DNA from: Candidatus Bathyarchaeia archaeon | GTDB lineage: Archaea > Thermoproteota > Bathyarchaeia > Bathyarchaeales > Bathycorpusculaceae | Length of the DNA: 34,225 nucleotides | Assembly (NCBI GenBank): GCA_050010755.1 | Contig: JBEKKK010000007.1 | Coordinates: 1-34,225 of the forward strand | Direction of reading: 5' to 3' | In this document: positions 9,427 to 17,792 of the stretch, one piece after another | How positions within the stretch are numbered: position 1 is the stretch's first letter | How the letters are laid out: every line of letters starts with the position of its first letter | Notes under the pieces: generated by a model | Database searches by the model: none | What the model saw: only the letters and a program-made list of their open reading frames with translations | Told to the model about the DNA's origin: nothing | Made by a program: the position numbers and the translations under genes

Positions 9427-9880
9427 AGAAATCCTCTGCTTTAGATGTAGAATACGAAAAAGCCTCTTAACAATTTCTGTTTTGAATAGTGCCAAATTCA
9501 AAAACGGTCATATCCATAAGAATAAGAGAGGGCTATCGAAGTATGTCCGAGATGGTCTAAAGAGGGTGGGGGACATTCATTAAGCTAGGTTTAGCATAAT
9601 AGACTTGAATTAGGCTCGTTTGGTATTGAAATAGCAACTATTACGATAACTGAAGCTAGACCTAGAGTTTTTGGCTAATGGTTGAAAATCAAACTCAAGA
9701 ATTTATATGGTAACTAGCTGAATAGAGCCTAAATTAGGCTTATTTGATAGATGGTTTTAGTTTCGATACGTGGTTCGTCGTGTCCTCATACAAATACCGA
9801 CGAAAATCTCCATCGAAGCAACAAATCACAGAAAGTTAAACTATGGGCTAAACTTCGCACTTGCTTCGTAAGATTTGAGT

Positions 9881-9971
9881 GATTTTTGAATTTATCCAGC
9901 TTGAAAAGTTGCTTGGGGCGACCCCTTGCAACGAAAGATAAATCACAAGCGATTTTTGGAATTTATCAGCT
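9881..9971. repeat. Two imperfect 21-bp direct repeats flanking a GC hairpin
   Basis: GATTTTTGAATTTATCCAGCT (9881) and GATTTTTGGAATTTATCAGCT (9951); GTTGC-TT-GGGG-CGA-CCCC-TT-GCAAC at 9908-9932. Confidence 0.7.
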
Positions 9972-10195
9972 AGGTCTGGCTCTAGGGGTAAATTGCTCTA
10001 GCTGTTGGCATGAAATCTTTGGCTTAACTGAGAGCGTGTGAGCGTGTTCAAGTTACCAGAATCAGCTAACACTTTTTGAAATGAATAGTCTACTGATGTT
10101 AAGCTAGTCTCATAACAGAGAGCATAGACCTGTTTTATAGATGCTATTTACCTGAAGGAACAGTCTCTCTATCAATTGCTAGAGCTAGCAGGAGT

Positions 10196-10276
10196 CTAAT
10201 ACTCTCTAATACTCTCTCTAATACTACTCATCTGAAATACTCTCCTCTAATGCTTTCTCTCTAGAATACATTCTCT
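10196..10276. repeat. Degenerate tandem repeats of CTAATACTCT (iteron-like)
   Basis: About 6 imperfect copies visible in the sequence. Confidence 0.7.
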
Positions 10277-10821
10277 TTGTTCAGATGTAGTTATGTATTG
10301 AAGTGTGTGTTTTGGGAGCCTTTAGAGAGAAAGATTTCGGACACTATGTTTCGCACTTTCGGGTTTGTCGATTTGGCTACTCGTGTTTCAGAGATGTCGG
10401 AGATTTCATTAGCTCGTAGATGACCTAAAAAACATGGCACAGTCGAGCTTCGAGACGACACATCGAGACCCATGTGACTCAGTTTATCAGTCCATAGTGT
10501 TTCTTGCCTAGCAAAAGGCGATAGGAGAGACAGAGTTTCAGCTAAGTTAGTGAGAGTCAAATAAGCCTTTAATGTGCTACTCATATCTGTCTCGCCTAGT
10601 GTTTCTGTTGTGTATTAAGACGCTAGACAGCTATAAATAAGTTTCTTTAACAGATTAATTTAGAGCCTAATTATTAATATCAGGCTAATATCCAGCATGG
10701 ACGTTGTCGCCGTAAGTTAATAGTTCTATTTAAGTCTTCTGGTTGAAAAGGCGAGACGGTCATTTTCGAGATAAGCCATAACTCATTCAAATGACCAAAC
10801 ATGAGCTTGGTTACTCATTAT

Positions 10822-10977
10822 TGAGTAGCTACTCATATTTAAATATTGCGGTTGGGCTTATCGGTCTTTAAGTAGTTGCTTAAAATCTTCCGTTACCTAT
10901 CTATATAGAAATCAGAAAAAAGTAAATACAATAAAAACTTTTATATAGTAGATGCTAGTTCTATATAGACTATATAG
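10822..10977 (+). promoter_or_regulatory. Promoter/operator region of the element's main operon
   Basis: Palindrome TGAGTAGCTACTCA (10822-10835); TATA TTTTATATAG (10939-10948); CTATATAG palindromes at 10901, 10961 and 10970. Confidence 0.55.
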
Positions 10978-10986
10978 GTGAAATGT

Positions 10987-11358
10987 ATGCCAACAGAAGG
11001 TTATCAAACCGTAACAATTACGCAAAAGAATTACGATGTATTAGAGTATCTTTCGATTAAATCTAAGGCTAGTCGGTCTCAAATTCTTAACGAGTTTCTA
11101 GAGCAAGTCGAAAAAGTTGTCTATCCGCTAGGTGATTGTGGTTCTCATATTAACTATCTGTTTCAAGCGGAAAATGGCGACATGATAATTTGTCGTTTTT
11201 CAGCTATGACTTTCAGTAAGCATTTTGACCACGCCGAGCTAGACAAAAACGGAGCTAATGAAATGTTAGACGATAAGCTAGAAAAATTGAGTTGCGACGA
11301 ATTGGCTAACAAACTCAGTAAGGCAAAAGCTGAAGCTAAAAAGAAGGAATCTAAATGA
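10987..11358 (+). CDS. Ribbon-helix-helix (CopG-like) DNA-binding protein
   Basis: YQTVTIT..NYDVLEYLS.....SRSQILNEFLE fits an RHH pattern; GGTGA SD before ATG 10987. Confidence 0.65.
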   Translation: MPTEGYQTVTITQKNYDVLEYLSIKSKASRSQILNEFLEQVEKVVYPLGDCGSHINYLFQAENGDMIICRFSAMTFSKHFDHAELDKNGANEMLDDKLEKLSCDELANKLSKAKAEAKKKESK

Positions 11359-12017
11359 GCAACGAAGAAAACTCAGAAGAAAATGAAAACCAAAAGAAAC
11401 CTGAGTCTCGCATTAAAATCGAGATTGAAAGAAGCAAGGAACTCGAAGGTTTAGCTTCTCGTAATATTGAGCTTGAGCGAGCTAATGCCGAGCTTGAACA
11501 AAAAGCTGGCGAACCTGATTATCAGAAAATTCTCGAAGAACAAGCTGTTCAAAAATTTACTGAAGAGTGCAACAAATACGGATTAGACCCGACAACAACA
11601 AAACCCGAAGTCTTGAAAGCTGTTAAGGAAATCAAACAAATCGAAGAAATGACTAGCCCTAAAGCTCCTAAAGGCGGTGAGACCGCTAATTTCTACGATT
11701 TAGGCAATTCGGGCAGAAAAGAGCCTATTAGCGGTGAAGCTCTGGATGCGATAAACGTGCATAGTGATACTGTTTCGGTTGACTTGTGTAAGTGGTCATC
11801 TGAATCTGCCATGGTCAAGGGTATTAAGGCTATAGCGTCCAACAGCGAAGACAGACGACAAAAAGAAGCAAAAAAATTGCTCTCTTTACTTGCGAAGAAA
11901 CTAATCAACGAGCCTAGCTCAGAGTTTGAGTATAACGGAAAACTCAGCGATTTACAGAAAGTGAATAAGAAGAATCGGAAAGGCGAATTTGTGAGGGCTG
12001 ATAAAAATGAGTCATGA
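11355..12017 (+). CDS. Hypothetical charged coiled-coil protein
   Basis: 220-aa ORF; ATGA-type overlap with neighbours. Confidence 0.7.
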   Translation: MSNEENSEENENQKKPESRIKIEIERSKELEGLASRNIELERANAELEQKAGEPDYQKILEEQAVQKFTEECNKYGLDPTTTKPEVLKAVKEIKQIEEMTSPKAPKGGETANFYDLGNSGRKEPISGEALDAINVHSDTVSVDLCKWSSESAMVKGIKAIASNSEDRRQKEAKKLLSLLAKKLINEPSSEFEYNGKLSDLQKVNKKNRKGEFVRADKNES

Positions 12018-12552
12018 AATAGAACGAAGATTTAAAGAGAGAGAAAGCAATTACAGCGAGCAAATTAAGTTCGATTTCAAAACCCGAGAGTTTTACATAG
12101 CTCGAACTTATCCACACAGCGAAGATGTTAAGCGTTTACCGTTGAGTCAATGGGGTTTAGAAAAGTCTGCCAAAACGAGCCTGATAATTTGCAGGCAGAT
12201 GGAAAGCGAAAGTTTCGAGCAACCCGTTTCAGTTGTTTTCTATCGAATAGACCTAGAATATTCGATAAAAGAAGATGCTCCGTATTGGTTTTTGGTCTCA
12301 GATACGAGCAAGAATCCCGATGACCATCTCGAAAGAGTTTGGCAAACTGTAAGTCTCAAGAACGTGGATAGCGGTCAAGGCATGGGCTGTCCTATTCCAA
12401 ACAGCTTATACAAACCCGAATATCCGTTTCTCAAAATCACAAAATCTAAAGCTGTCAAAATTTCGAGTGAAGAACTAGAAGAGTTATGTCATAGCGGTAA
12501 AGTTCTCGGAATTTTCAACATGGATTTGACAAACCGAATAACTTCCTCATAG
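12007..12552 (+). CDS. Hypothetical protein
   Basis: 181-aa ORF overlapping the upstream gene within the operon. Confidence 0.65.
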   Translation: MSHEIERRFKERESNYSEQIKFDFKTREFYIARTYPHSEDVKRLPLSQWGLEKSAKTSLIICRQMESESFEQPVSVVFYRIDLEYSIKEDAPYWFLVSDTSKNPDDHLERVWQTVSLKNVDSGQGMGCPIPNSLYKPEYPFLKITKSKAVKISSEELEELCHSGKVLGIFNMDLTNRITSS

Positions 12553-12560
12553 GTGATACA

Positions 12561-13070
12561 ATGCCGAAATGGAATAGAACGAGAGAAGACGAAAACCATC
12601 TCAAAAGGAGAATTCAGTTAGTTAGGCAAGGGTTTAATCATGACCAAATAGACCAGCAATTCAGTAATGAGAAAGAAGAAAATCTAACACTTGCCCAAGT
12701 GAGAGAAAAAGAGAGACAATTAGAATTAGGTTTTGAAGAGCTAGAAAATCAAAAGAAACTCTTCGAGACTTATGTTCAAGAAACTTCATTGACTCTAGAT
12801 AACTTAGAAGCTCAAATCAAAACCAAAAAACAAATCATTGACGAAACTAATCTTAATGTTTCTCTGAGAAAGCTCAACTTTTTTATGAAAGAAGCTCAAA
12901 AGGATTTTGAAGATTCGACACTCGTTTGTTTTCTTTATCTCGAAAATGGGAAATGGGTAACTAAATATTTTCCGATTAAGGAGAATCAACAAACCGTAAT
13001 TCTCGAATGTTGCGACAAGCTGAGAATACAGGCTCTTGAGGAACAAGAAAAGAAGAAAGGAGATTCCTAG
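12561..13070 (+). CDS. Hypothetical coiled-coil protein
   Basis: 169 aa, GGTGA SD, heptad-rich centre. Confidence 0.65.
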   Translation: MPKWNRTREDENHLKRRIQLVRQGFNHDQIDQQFSNEKEENLTLAQVREKERQLELGFEELENQKKLFETYVQETSLTLDNLEAQIKTKKQIIDETNLNVSLRKLNFFMKEAQKDFEDSTLVCFLYLENGKWVTKYFPIKENQQTVILECCDKLRIQALEEQEKKKGDS

Positions 13071-13072
13071 TC

Positions 13073-13444
13073 ATGGCTGGAAGCATGGCTGTTCGAATGT
13101 CGTGTATTTTTTCTTGTGCAGTTTTTACTAAAGATTCTGCACGAGATGACCACTTCCACGACATTCAGCAATCACATCACCAAACCCAAAAAACCCACAA
13201 AAAGGATAGGTGTCTCGATTTGGCAACAGTCGAGAGGGTTTCGACATTCCCTAACACACGCCTATCCTTCAAAATAAAAGGCGATATAGGATTCAGAATT
13301 GAGCAAATTTATCAATGTCGTGTTTTGACGTTAAACGGTCTGTTTGAAACTTATCATAACGAAGAGAACGCTAGAAAATATTTGTCGAAAAAATATCTGA
13401 AGAAACATCAACGGAAGAAACACGAACCCTTCATTTTCAGGTGA
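13073..13444 (+). CDS. Hypothetical protein, possible C2H2-like finger
   Basis: CIFSC..F........HFHD...H; abuts the flanking ORFs. Confidence 0.5.
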   Translation: MAGSMAVRMSCIFSCAVFTKDSARDDHFHDIQQSHHQTQKTHKKDRCLDLATVERVSTFPNTRLSFKIKGDIGFRIEQIYQCRVLTLNGLFETYHNEENARKYLSKKYLKKHQRKKHEPFIFR

Positions 13445-13659
13445 TAATTACGGGTCATAAGCCAATCCAAAAACGATTTTGTCTTTATTGTGGTGAAGAA
13501 ATTCTGAGAAATTCATATGAAAGTACAGGAGAATGGAGAAGAAAATCGTTTTGTAATGATTATTGCTGTTTTAGGTTTCACATTCTACCTTACTCGGATA
13601 TTCGGAAAAGTGGAGAAACCACACCCGAGCAACGAAAGGAGATGTTAAAGAATGACTGA
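13441..13659 (+). CDS. Small zinc-finger protein (TRASH/MYM-like)
   Basis: CLYCG...FCNDYC; GTGA overlap with the upstream ORF. Confidence 0.65.
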   Translation: MIITGHKPIQKRFCLYCGEEILRNSYESTGEWRRKSFCNDYCCFRFHILPYSDIRKSGETTPEQRKEMLKND

Positions 13660-13789
13660 GAAAGAACTATGTGACTTATGCGGTAAGCGTACTGCCGTTC
13701 TAAAGTGCATGATTTGTAATAAGAATTTCTGTCTTCGTTGCATGGAGTCTCATAGAGAAACGTGCTTAATCGGTTGGGATTGGACATGA
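13652..13789 (+). CDS. B-box-like micro zinc-finger protein (45 aa)
   Basis: MTEKELCDLCGKRTAVLKCMICNKNFCLRCMESHRETCLIGWDWT*; AGGAG upstream. Confidence 0.7.
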   Translation: MTEKELCDLCGKRTAVLKCMICNKNFCLRCMESHRETCLIGWDWT

Positions 13790-13890
13790 AGCTAACTTAC
13801 TGTTCCAACTGTAAGAAGCGAACTAAAACGCTTCAATCTGGTCTATGTTCTGAATGTTTCCATCTAAAAACAGAATTGACAATCGAATAA
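13786..13890 (+). CDS. Micro zinc-finger protein (34 aa)
   Basis: MKLTYCSNCKKRTKTLQSGLCSECFHLKTELTIE*; ATGA overlap. Confidence 0.65.
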   Translation: MKLTYCSNCKKRTKTLQSGLCSECFHLKTELTIE

Positions 13891-13900
13891 GGTGTCAAAA

Positions 13901-14155
13901 ATGTGTCCTAGGGCTAGTTATTATCGCAAAAATAAGGAAAAACTATTAGATAATCAGAGAAAAAAGCGAAGACTCACTCACACTTGCATGACTTTTAGGC
14001 TCATGATGTCGGGAAGAGTGAAAAGAGATAGTATCTGGTGTGACGAGCATCTTAGAAACTGTGAAGAGTGTCAAACATGGTATCACAATTTTAAGAAAGA
14101 AGAAAAACCTGAAGTTTTTGAAGGTGGTAATTTTTGGCACGAGACCACACAGTAA
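13901..14155 (+). CDS. Small protein with an HxxxCxxC (zf-HC2-like) motif
   Basis: HLRNCEECQ; AGGTG SD before ATG 13901. Confidence 0.6.
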   Translation: MCPRASYYRKNKEKLLDNQRKKRRLTHTCMTFRLMMSGRVKRDSIWCDEHLRNCEECQTWYHNFKKEEKPEVFEGGNFWHETTQ

Positions 14156-14383
14156 TTTTAGAAGAGACTGAGGAAGAGAAGAAACGAAAGAAAAGACAAA
14201 CTGATCTAGATAAGATTTTTTATGATACTATGACGATTGAATCGGATAATCAAGCATCACAAAAAAATCAAGGTCAATAGCTAGGATAAAAACTCGATGA
14301 CCATCGCTTAAAAAGCATGAGAGAGCATCCTATTTTCAGAAATTTTAACCAATTAGTGACTAGACAAAAAAAGAAAGGAAAAG

Positions 14384-14497
14384 TTAGCCTAATTGGTGAC
14401 TTTCTATGTGGCTTAATCTTGCGTTTGTCGTGTCTAGTTTTTCATTAATCAGCTTTAGCAACTTGATTATTTCGTTAAGTTGTTGCTCGGCAGTCAT
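14384..14497 (-). CDS. Small coiled-coil protein (37 aa)
   Basis: GGTGA SD, then MTAEQQLNEIIKLLKLINEKLDTTNARLSHIESHQLG*. Confidence 0.5.
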   Translation of the reverse strand: MTAEQQLNEIIKLLKLINEKLDTTNARLSHIESHQLG

Positions 14498-14663
14498 GCT
14501 AATCACCTGCATTTCTTTATCTGGGTATGTGTGAAAATGACCTTCTCTTTTTGGATAGGCTTGAAACATTCCATTTCAGGATATTTTCCGTCAATGCGTT
14601 TAGCAGGAAATTCACAAGTCTGAGATTTATCGCAGTTAGAACAAATCTTCCTAACCATGTCAA

Positions 14664-15854
14664 TCACCTGAAAACGAAAGGCTCTTTCATGCCTAGTTGT
14701 TTCTTGATTAGTTCGAGTTTCTTCTCTAGGTCTAGTTTCAGGTTAGCTATTTCTTGCATGGTGCTAGCGTTTTGACTCTTTTGAAGCTCTTCAACCCGCT
14801 TTAGTGCTTGTTCAAGCCTTGTTTGTGTGGCTAGCCTATCGCTTTCCGCTTGTGCAAGAGCATTTTCTAAAGATTCAATTCTAACCGCTTGTTCAACCTT
14901 GGCTTTTCCAGAAACGTCACCATTAAGAGCAAAATCCTTGTAACACTCTCTAAAAATGCGTTCACATTCACTATCTAAACTCGTCTTGTAAGTTATGTTT
15001 GAAGCACTCGTTTTTTTCGATGTGATGACTTTAGCAACGGTTTCGTCTTTCTTGCTCAGAGTATCGTAAAGGAATTTTCTGAGTGTGTGAAAATGCACTT
15101 GCTTACCATAGGTTTCGATTTGGCTTTTCTTCAAAAGTGCTTTTAGCCAATCGTTAAGGTTATCGTTATCCGCCTTATTCCAGAGAGTCTTTGGCAAGTC
15201 TCCTTTCTTTCTGAGCGTTTCGAGATAATCCGCTAGGTTACTTAGGGCTTCAGGGGTCAAGAATGAACGTGGTTGAACGCTTGTTTTTTGCCGAGTTTTT
15301 CCTATGAATGCCATAAAATCCAAGTGTTCATTTTTTGCTTGTCTTACTAGCTGGCTAATTCTTTCTGTCTCTAGGTTTAGGAAGTCTTGACTCGAATAGC
15401 CTAGAGAAACAGCTACAGAGAGCCATGTCTTTTCAAAAGGCGAACCGTAATAGTAGCATTTTCTCAGGATTTCCTGATTGAAGATGAATTCGTTTTCTGG
15501 AATTTGGATAGGGTCGAATCCTTTGGTTACGCCTGAGATTCTTTCGCAATTTTGGGAATAGAAAGCTAGAATTGAAGTTGTTTGGGTTCGGCAATAGTTG
15601 ATTTTGAAATTACGCTCTTCTTTCAGATAGTTATAGAATTTCAAAAGCGTGTTTCTCGCTTCCCTTCTCCAATCTGAAAGCGTGTCAAACGATTTTCTTG
15701 CTTCGACATAATCCGCTCTAAGCTGTTCGGGAGTCTTTCCTATCCATTTACAAAAGTAACCCAAGTATCGTATGTTCAGCTTTCGAGTATAGGCTCTCCC
15801 TGTCGTGAAATACTTAGCCATAGCTTCACTAAGTTCTCGTTGACTTCTCTCCAT
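14664..15854 (-). CDS. Tyrosine recombinase/integrase with atypical active-site residues and a C-terminal coiled coil
   Basis: SAM-like N-domain (FCKWIGKTPEQL), RQKT, HTLRK (HxxR) and distal Tyr in NITY. True start probably ATG 15854 (AAGGGAG SD); the longer ORF crosses attR into host DNA. Confidence 0.85.
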   Translation of the reverse strand: MERSQRELSEAMAKYFTTGRAYTRKLNIRYLGYFCKWIGKTPEQLRADYVEARKSFDTLSDWRREARNTLLKFYNYLKEERNFKINYCRTQTTSILAFYSQNCERISGVTKGFDPIQIPENEFIFNQEILRKCYYYGSPFEKTWLSVAVSLGYSSQDFLNLETERISQLVRQAKNEHLDFMAFIGKTRQKTSVQPRSFLTPEALSNLADYLETLRKKGDLPKTLWNKADNDNLNDWLKALLKKSQIETYGKQVHFHTLRKFLYDTLSKKDETVAKVITSKKTSASNITYKTSLDSECERIFRECYKDFALNGDVSGKAKVEQAVRIESLENALAQAESDRLATQTRLEQALKRVEELQKSQNASTMQEIANLKLDLEKKLELIKKQLGMKEPFVFR

Positions 15855-15880
15855 TTCTCCCTTATGAATCGATAGTTCAT

Positions 15881-15913
15881 ATTTTCGGGGTTTTGACCCG
15901 ATATTATTTATAA
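15881..15913. other. attR: recombinase binding arms plus TATTTATAA core
   Basis: ATTTTCGG-N9-CCGATATT mirrors the left end AATATCGG-N9-CCGATATT (7079-7103); core duplicated. Confidence 0.8.
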
Positions 15914-16067
15914 CTTCACTTGCGAGAACAGTCAGCATGGCTGCTCCGAACCCGACGTAGCCGGCCGCATTCAGGGTTGTGAGAGAAAACTCATCCAAGC
16001 GTCGGTGTTTGAAGTGAATGTTTGGCAGAACTCTTATTCTAGGGAGACGCCAAGATTGTTGTAGAGG

Positions 16068-16619
16068 ATGCTTCGGTTGGTCGCCCAGGAAAGGCAAGTT
16101 TTGCCTCGGTCGCAGGAGAGCCTGGCAAAAACGGTCGGGGTCATCTCTGACACGCATGTTCCTGACCGTGCGAGAAGAATCCCTGAAAAGGTCTTCAAGG
16201 TTTTTGAGAACGTAGATTTCATCGTTCACGCTGGCGACCTGGTGGAGTTCTCCATTGTTGACGAGTTAGAGAGACTTGCCCCAGTCCTTGTTGTGTGCGG
16301 AAACATGGACGGACCCGATGTCAGGGGCAAGCTGCCGAGGATCGATTCATTGAAAGTTTTTGATTGGAGGATAGGAGTGACGCATAACCCTAGAGCACAT
16401 CTGGGGACTGGAAGAATGCGTGAAATCGCAGGAGAGAACGGCTTTAACGTGCTGATATACGGTCACACGCACAGTTCCAACATAAAATGGGAAAGAAACA
16501 TTCTTTTCATAAACCCTGGAAGCCCAACAAACCCGTCTCCGCCATTCTTGGCTAAACCCTCCGTGGCCCTGCTGAGAGTGACAAAAGAGAAAATAATCCC
16601 CCAAATCATCCACATCTGA
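16068..16619 (+). CDS. Metallophosphoesterase (YfcE/MJ0936/Vps29 family)
   Basis: SDTH, HAGD, GNMD, GHTH and NPGS motifs. Confidence 0.92.
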   Translation: MLRLVAQERQVLPRSQESLAKTVGVISDTHVPDRARRIPEKVFKVFENVDFIVHAGDLVEFSIVDELERLAPVLVVCGNMDGPDVRGKLPRIDSLKVFDWRIGVTHNPRAHLGTGRMREIAGENGFNVLIYGHTHSSNIKWERNILFINPGSPTNPSPPFLAKPSVALLRVTKEKIIPQIIHI

Positions 16620-16797
16620 GAATTCACGATATTTAGACATGTACAGGTTCAGAAGCAGATAATGCAGCAACCCTGAAAAGGACTGTTTTCTTTCACTTTA
16701 ACTCGTCTCTCTCCTCTTCCAAGAAGTGTTGTTTCTTCAACGGTTTTAAAAGTTAGAAAACTCCAACCATGTTTTCTATAGTTGGAGGTTCAAGTGT

Positions 16798-16935
16798 ATG
16801 GAACATTGCAGAAACCCTTGGCACAGGGAGTGCAAAGGAAACGACATTGAATTATACATACTTTTCAGAGGAGAGAGGCTGCCAATCTGCAAGCGATGTT
16901 GGACCAGGCTTGCCGACAAAGATGTAGAGTGGTGA
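16798..16935 (+). CDS. Small Cys-rich putative zinc-binding protein (45 aa)
   Basis: MEHCRNPWHRECKGNDIELYILFRGERLPICKRCWTRLADKDVEW*; GGAGG SD and TTTTAAAA TATA at 16744. Confidence 0.7.
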   Translation: MEHCRNPWHRECKGNDIELYILFRGERLPICKRCWTRLADKDVEW

Positions 16936-16940
16936 GGAAG

Positions 16941-17177
16941 ATGGACAGTTTCAACACGAACTGCGCAAGGTCGTTCCTGGGAAAGAACGTTAACCTTCAC
17001 ATGAAGGATGGTTCCGTAATCGTAAATGTTCACCTGGGTGAGATCCTGAGAGGAGAGTTCAAAAAACAGAAGTTCATAACATGCATTGCTTTCGAGAACA
17101 GAAGCGTGTTCAAGATACCATTGAAAAGCATCGCCTGGGCTGAGCTGCTAAACTTAAACCTGATAATAGGCGGATGA
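16941..17177 (+). CDS. Small protein, possibly Sm/LSm-like fold
   Basis: FLGKNVNLHMKDGSVIVNV...KIPLKSIAW resembles Sm1/Sm2 patterns. Confidence 0.55.
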   Translation: MDSFNTNCARSFLGKNVNLHMKDGSVIVNVHLGEILRGEFKKQKFITCIAFENRSVFKIPLKSIAWAELLNLNLIIGG

Positions 17178-17326
17178 CAGAGCCCTCCGCTAACATTGTT
17201 CAGATTGAGCTGGGACACTTTTGAGGCCGAGCTGCGCAGGTTAGCCTCCGCAGCGTGATTTGCTGTTAAAAGAATATGAGTTGTTGCGGAAAAGCCAAAT
17301 TAGAGAGGGTTCAGTCTGAATGTATC

Positions 17327-17713
17327 ATGCGTTGCTCACACTGTGGAGTTTGCTGCGAGAAAACCGAGATGTTGTTATCGAAGGCGGATATCAGACTGTT
17401 AGAGAGCGCGAGGCACGAGAGAGGAGAGTTTGTACGTGTCAATCGACAGGGCTTTGCTCAGTTGCGGAACAGGCGAGGGCACTGCGTTTTCTATCAGACT
17501 GATGAAGGTCGATGCGGAGTTTACAGGTACAGGCCGTTGGGATGCCGGATCTACCCAGTCATCTACAGCGTGAAGGAAGGAGTCGTCGTAGACGATCTTT
17601 GTCCACTTGCCGAAACTGTTTCCCAAGCGGAAATCGACTCCAAGGCGGAGAGACTTATGAGGCTCCTGAGAAGAATTGACAGCGAGGCTGAGAAGCTTAG
17701 GACACGTGAATGA
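17327..17713 (+). CDS. YkgJ family cysteine-cluster protein
   Basis: CSHCGVCC...CVFY...C.VY..RP..CRIYP. Confidence 0.88.
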   Translation: MRCSHCGVCCEKTEMLLSKADIRLLESARHERGEFVRVNRQGFAQLRNRRGHCVFYQTDEGRCGVYRYRPLGCRIYPVIYSVKEGVVVDDLCPLAETVSQAEIDSKAERLMRLLRRIDSEAEKLRTRE

Positions 17714-17792
17714 GCTAGCCGACTTGAGGTTGACATTAATCTAGCAAACAATCTTAAATAAACCTCGGCAGATCCTCTGAATGGTGAAAAAA

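Larger units (their letters stand above)
7072..15913. mobile_element. ~8.8-kb integrative element (plasmid-, virus- or satellite-like) with terminal tyrosine recombinase
   Basis: Abrupt AT-rich segment with a terminal integrase. 9-bp direct repeat TATTTATAA (7072-7080/15905-15913) and 13-bp inverted repeat ATAATATCGGGTC (7077-7089/15895-15907). Confidence 0.88.

Noticed and set aside
9580-10700. TAG-recoded genes suggested by abundant CTAG/TAG; also ORF 10291-10584
   Set aside because: The frames I tried also hit other stops or gave no protein-like sequence, and the element's genes use TAG as a normal stop.
15914-16060. tRNA or SRP RNA as the integration target; resemblance of GGAGCAGCCAT to 23S rRNA
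   Set aside because: No cloverleaf or T-loop, no SRP helix-8 GNAR loop; the rRNA-like match is short and imperfect.
15855-16229. N-terminal 125 aa of the 521-aa integrase ORF
   Set aside because: Crosses attR into host DNA and is antisense to the phosphoesterase; a chance open frame.
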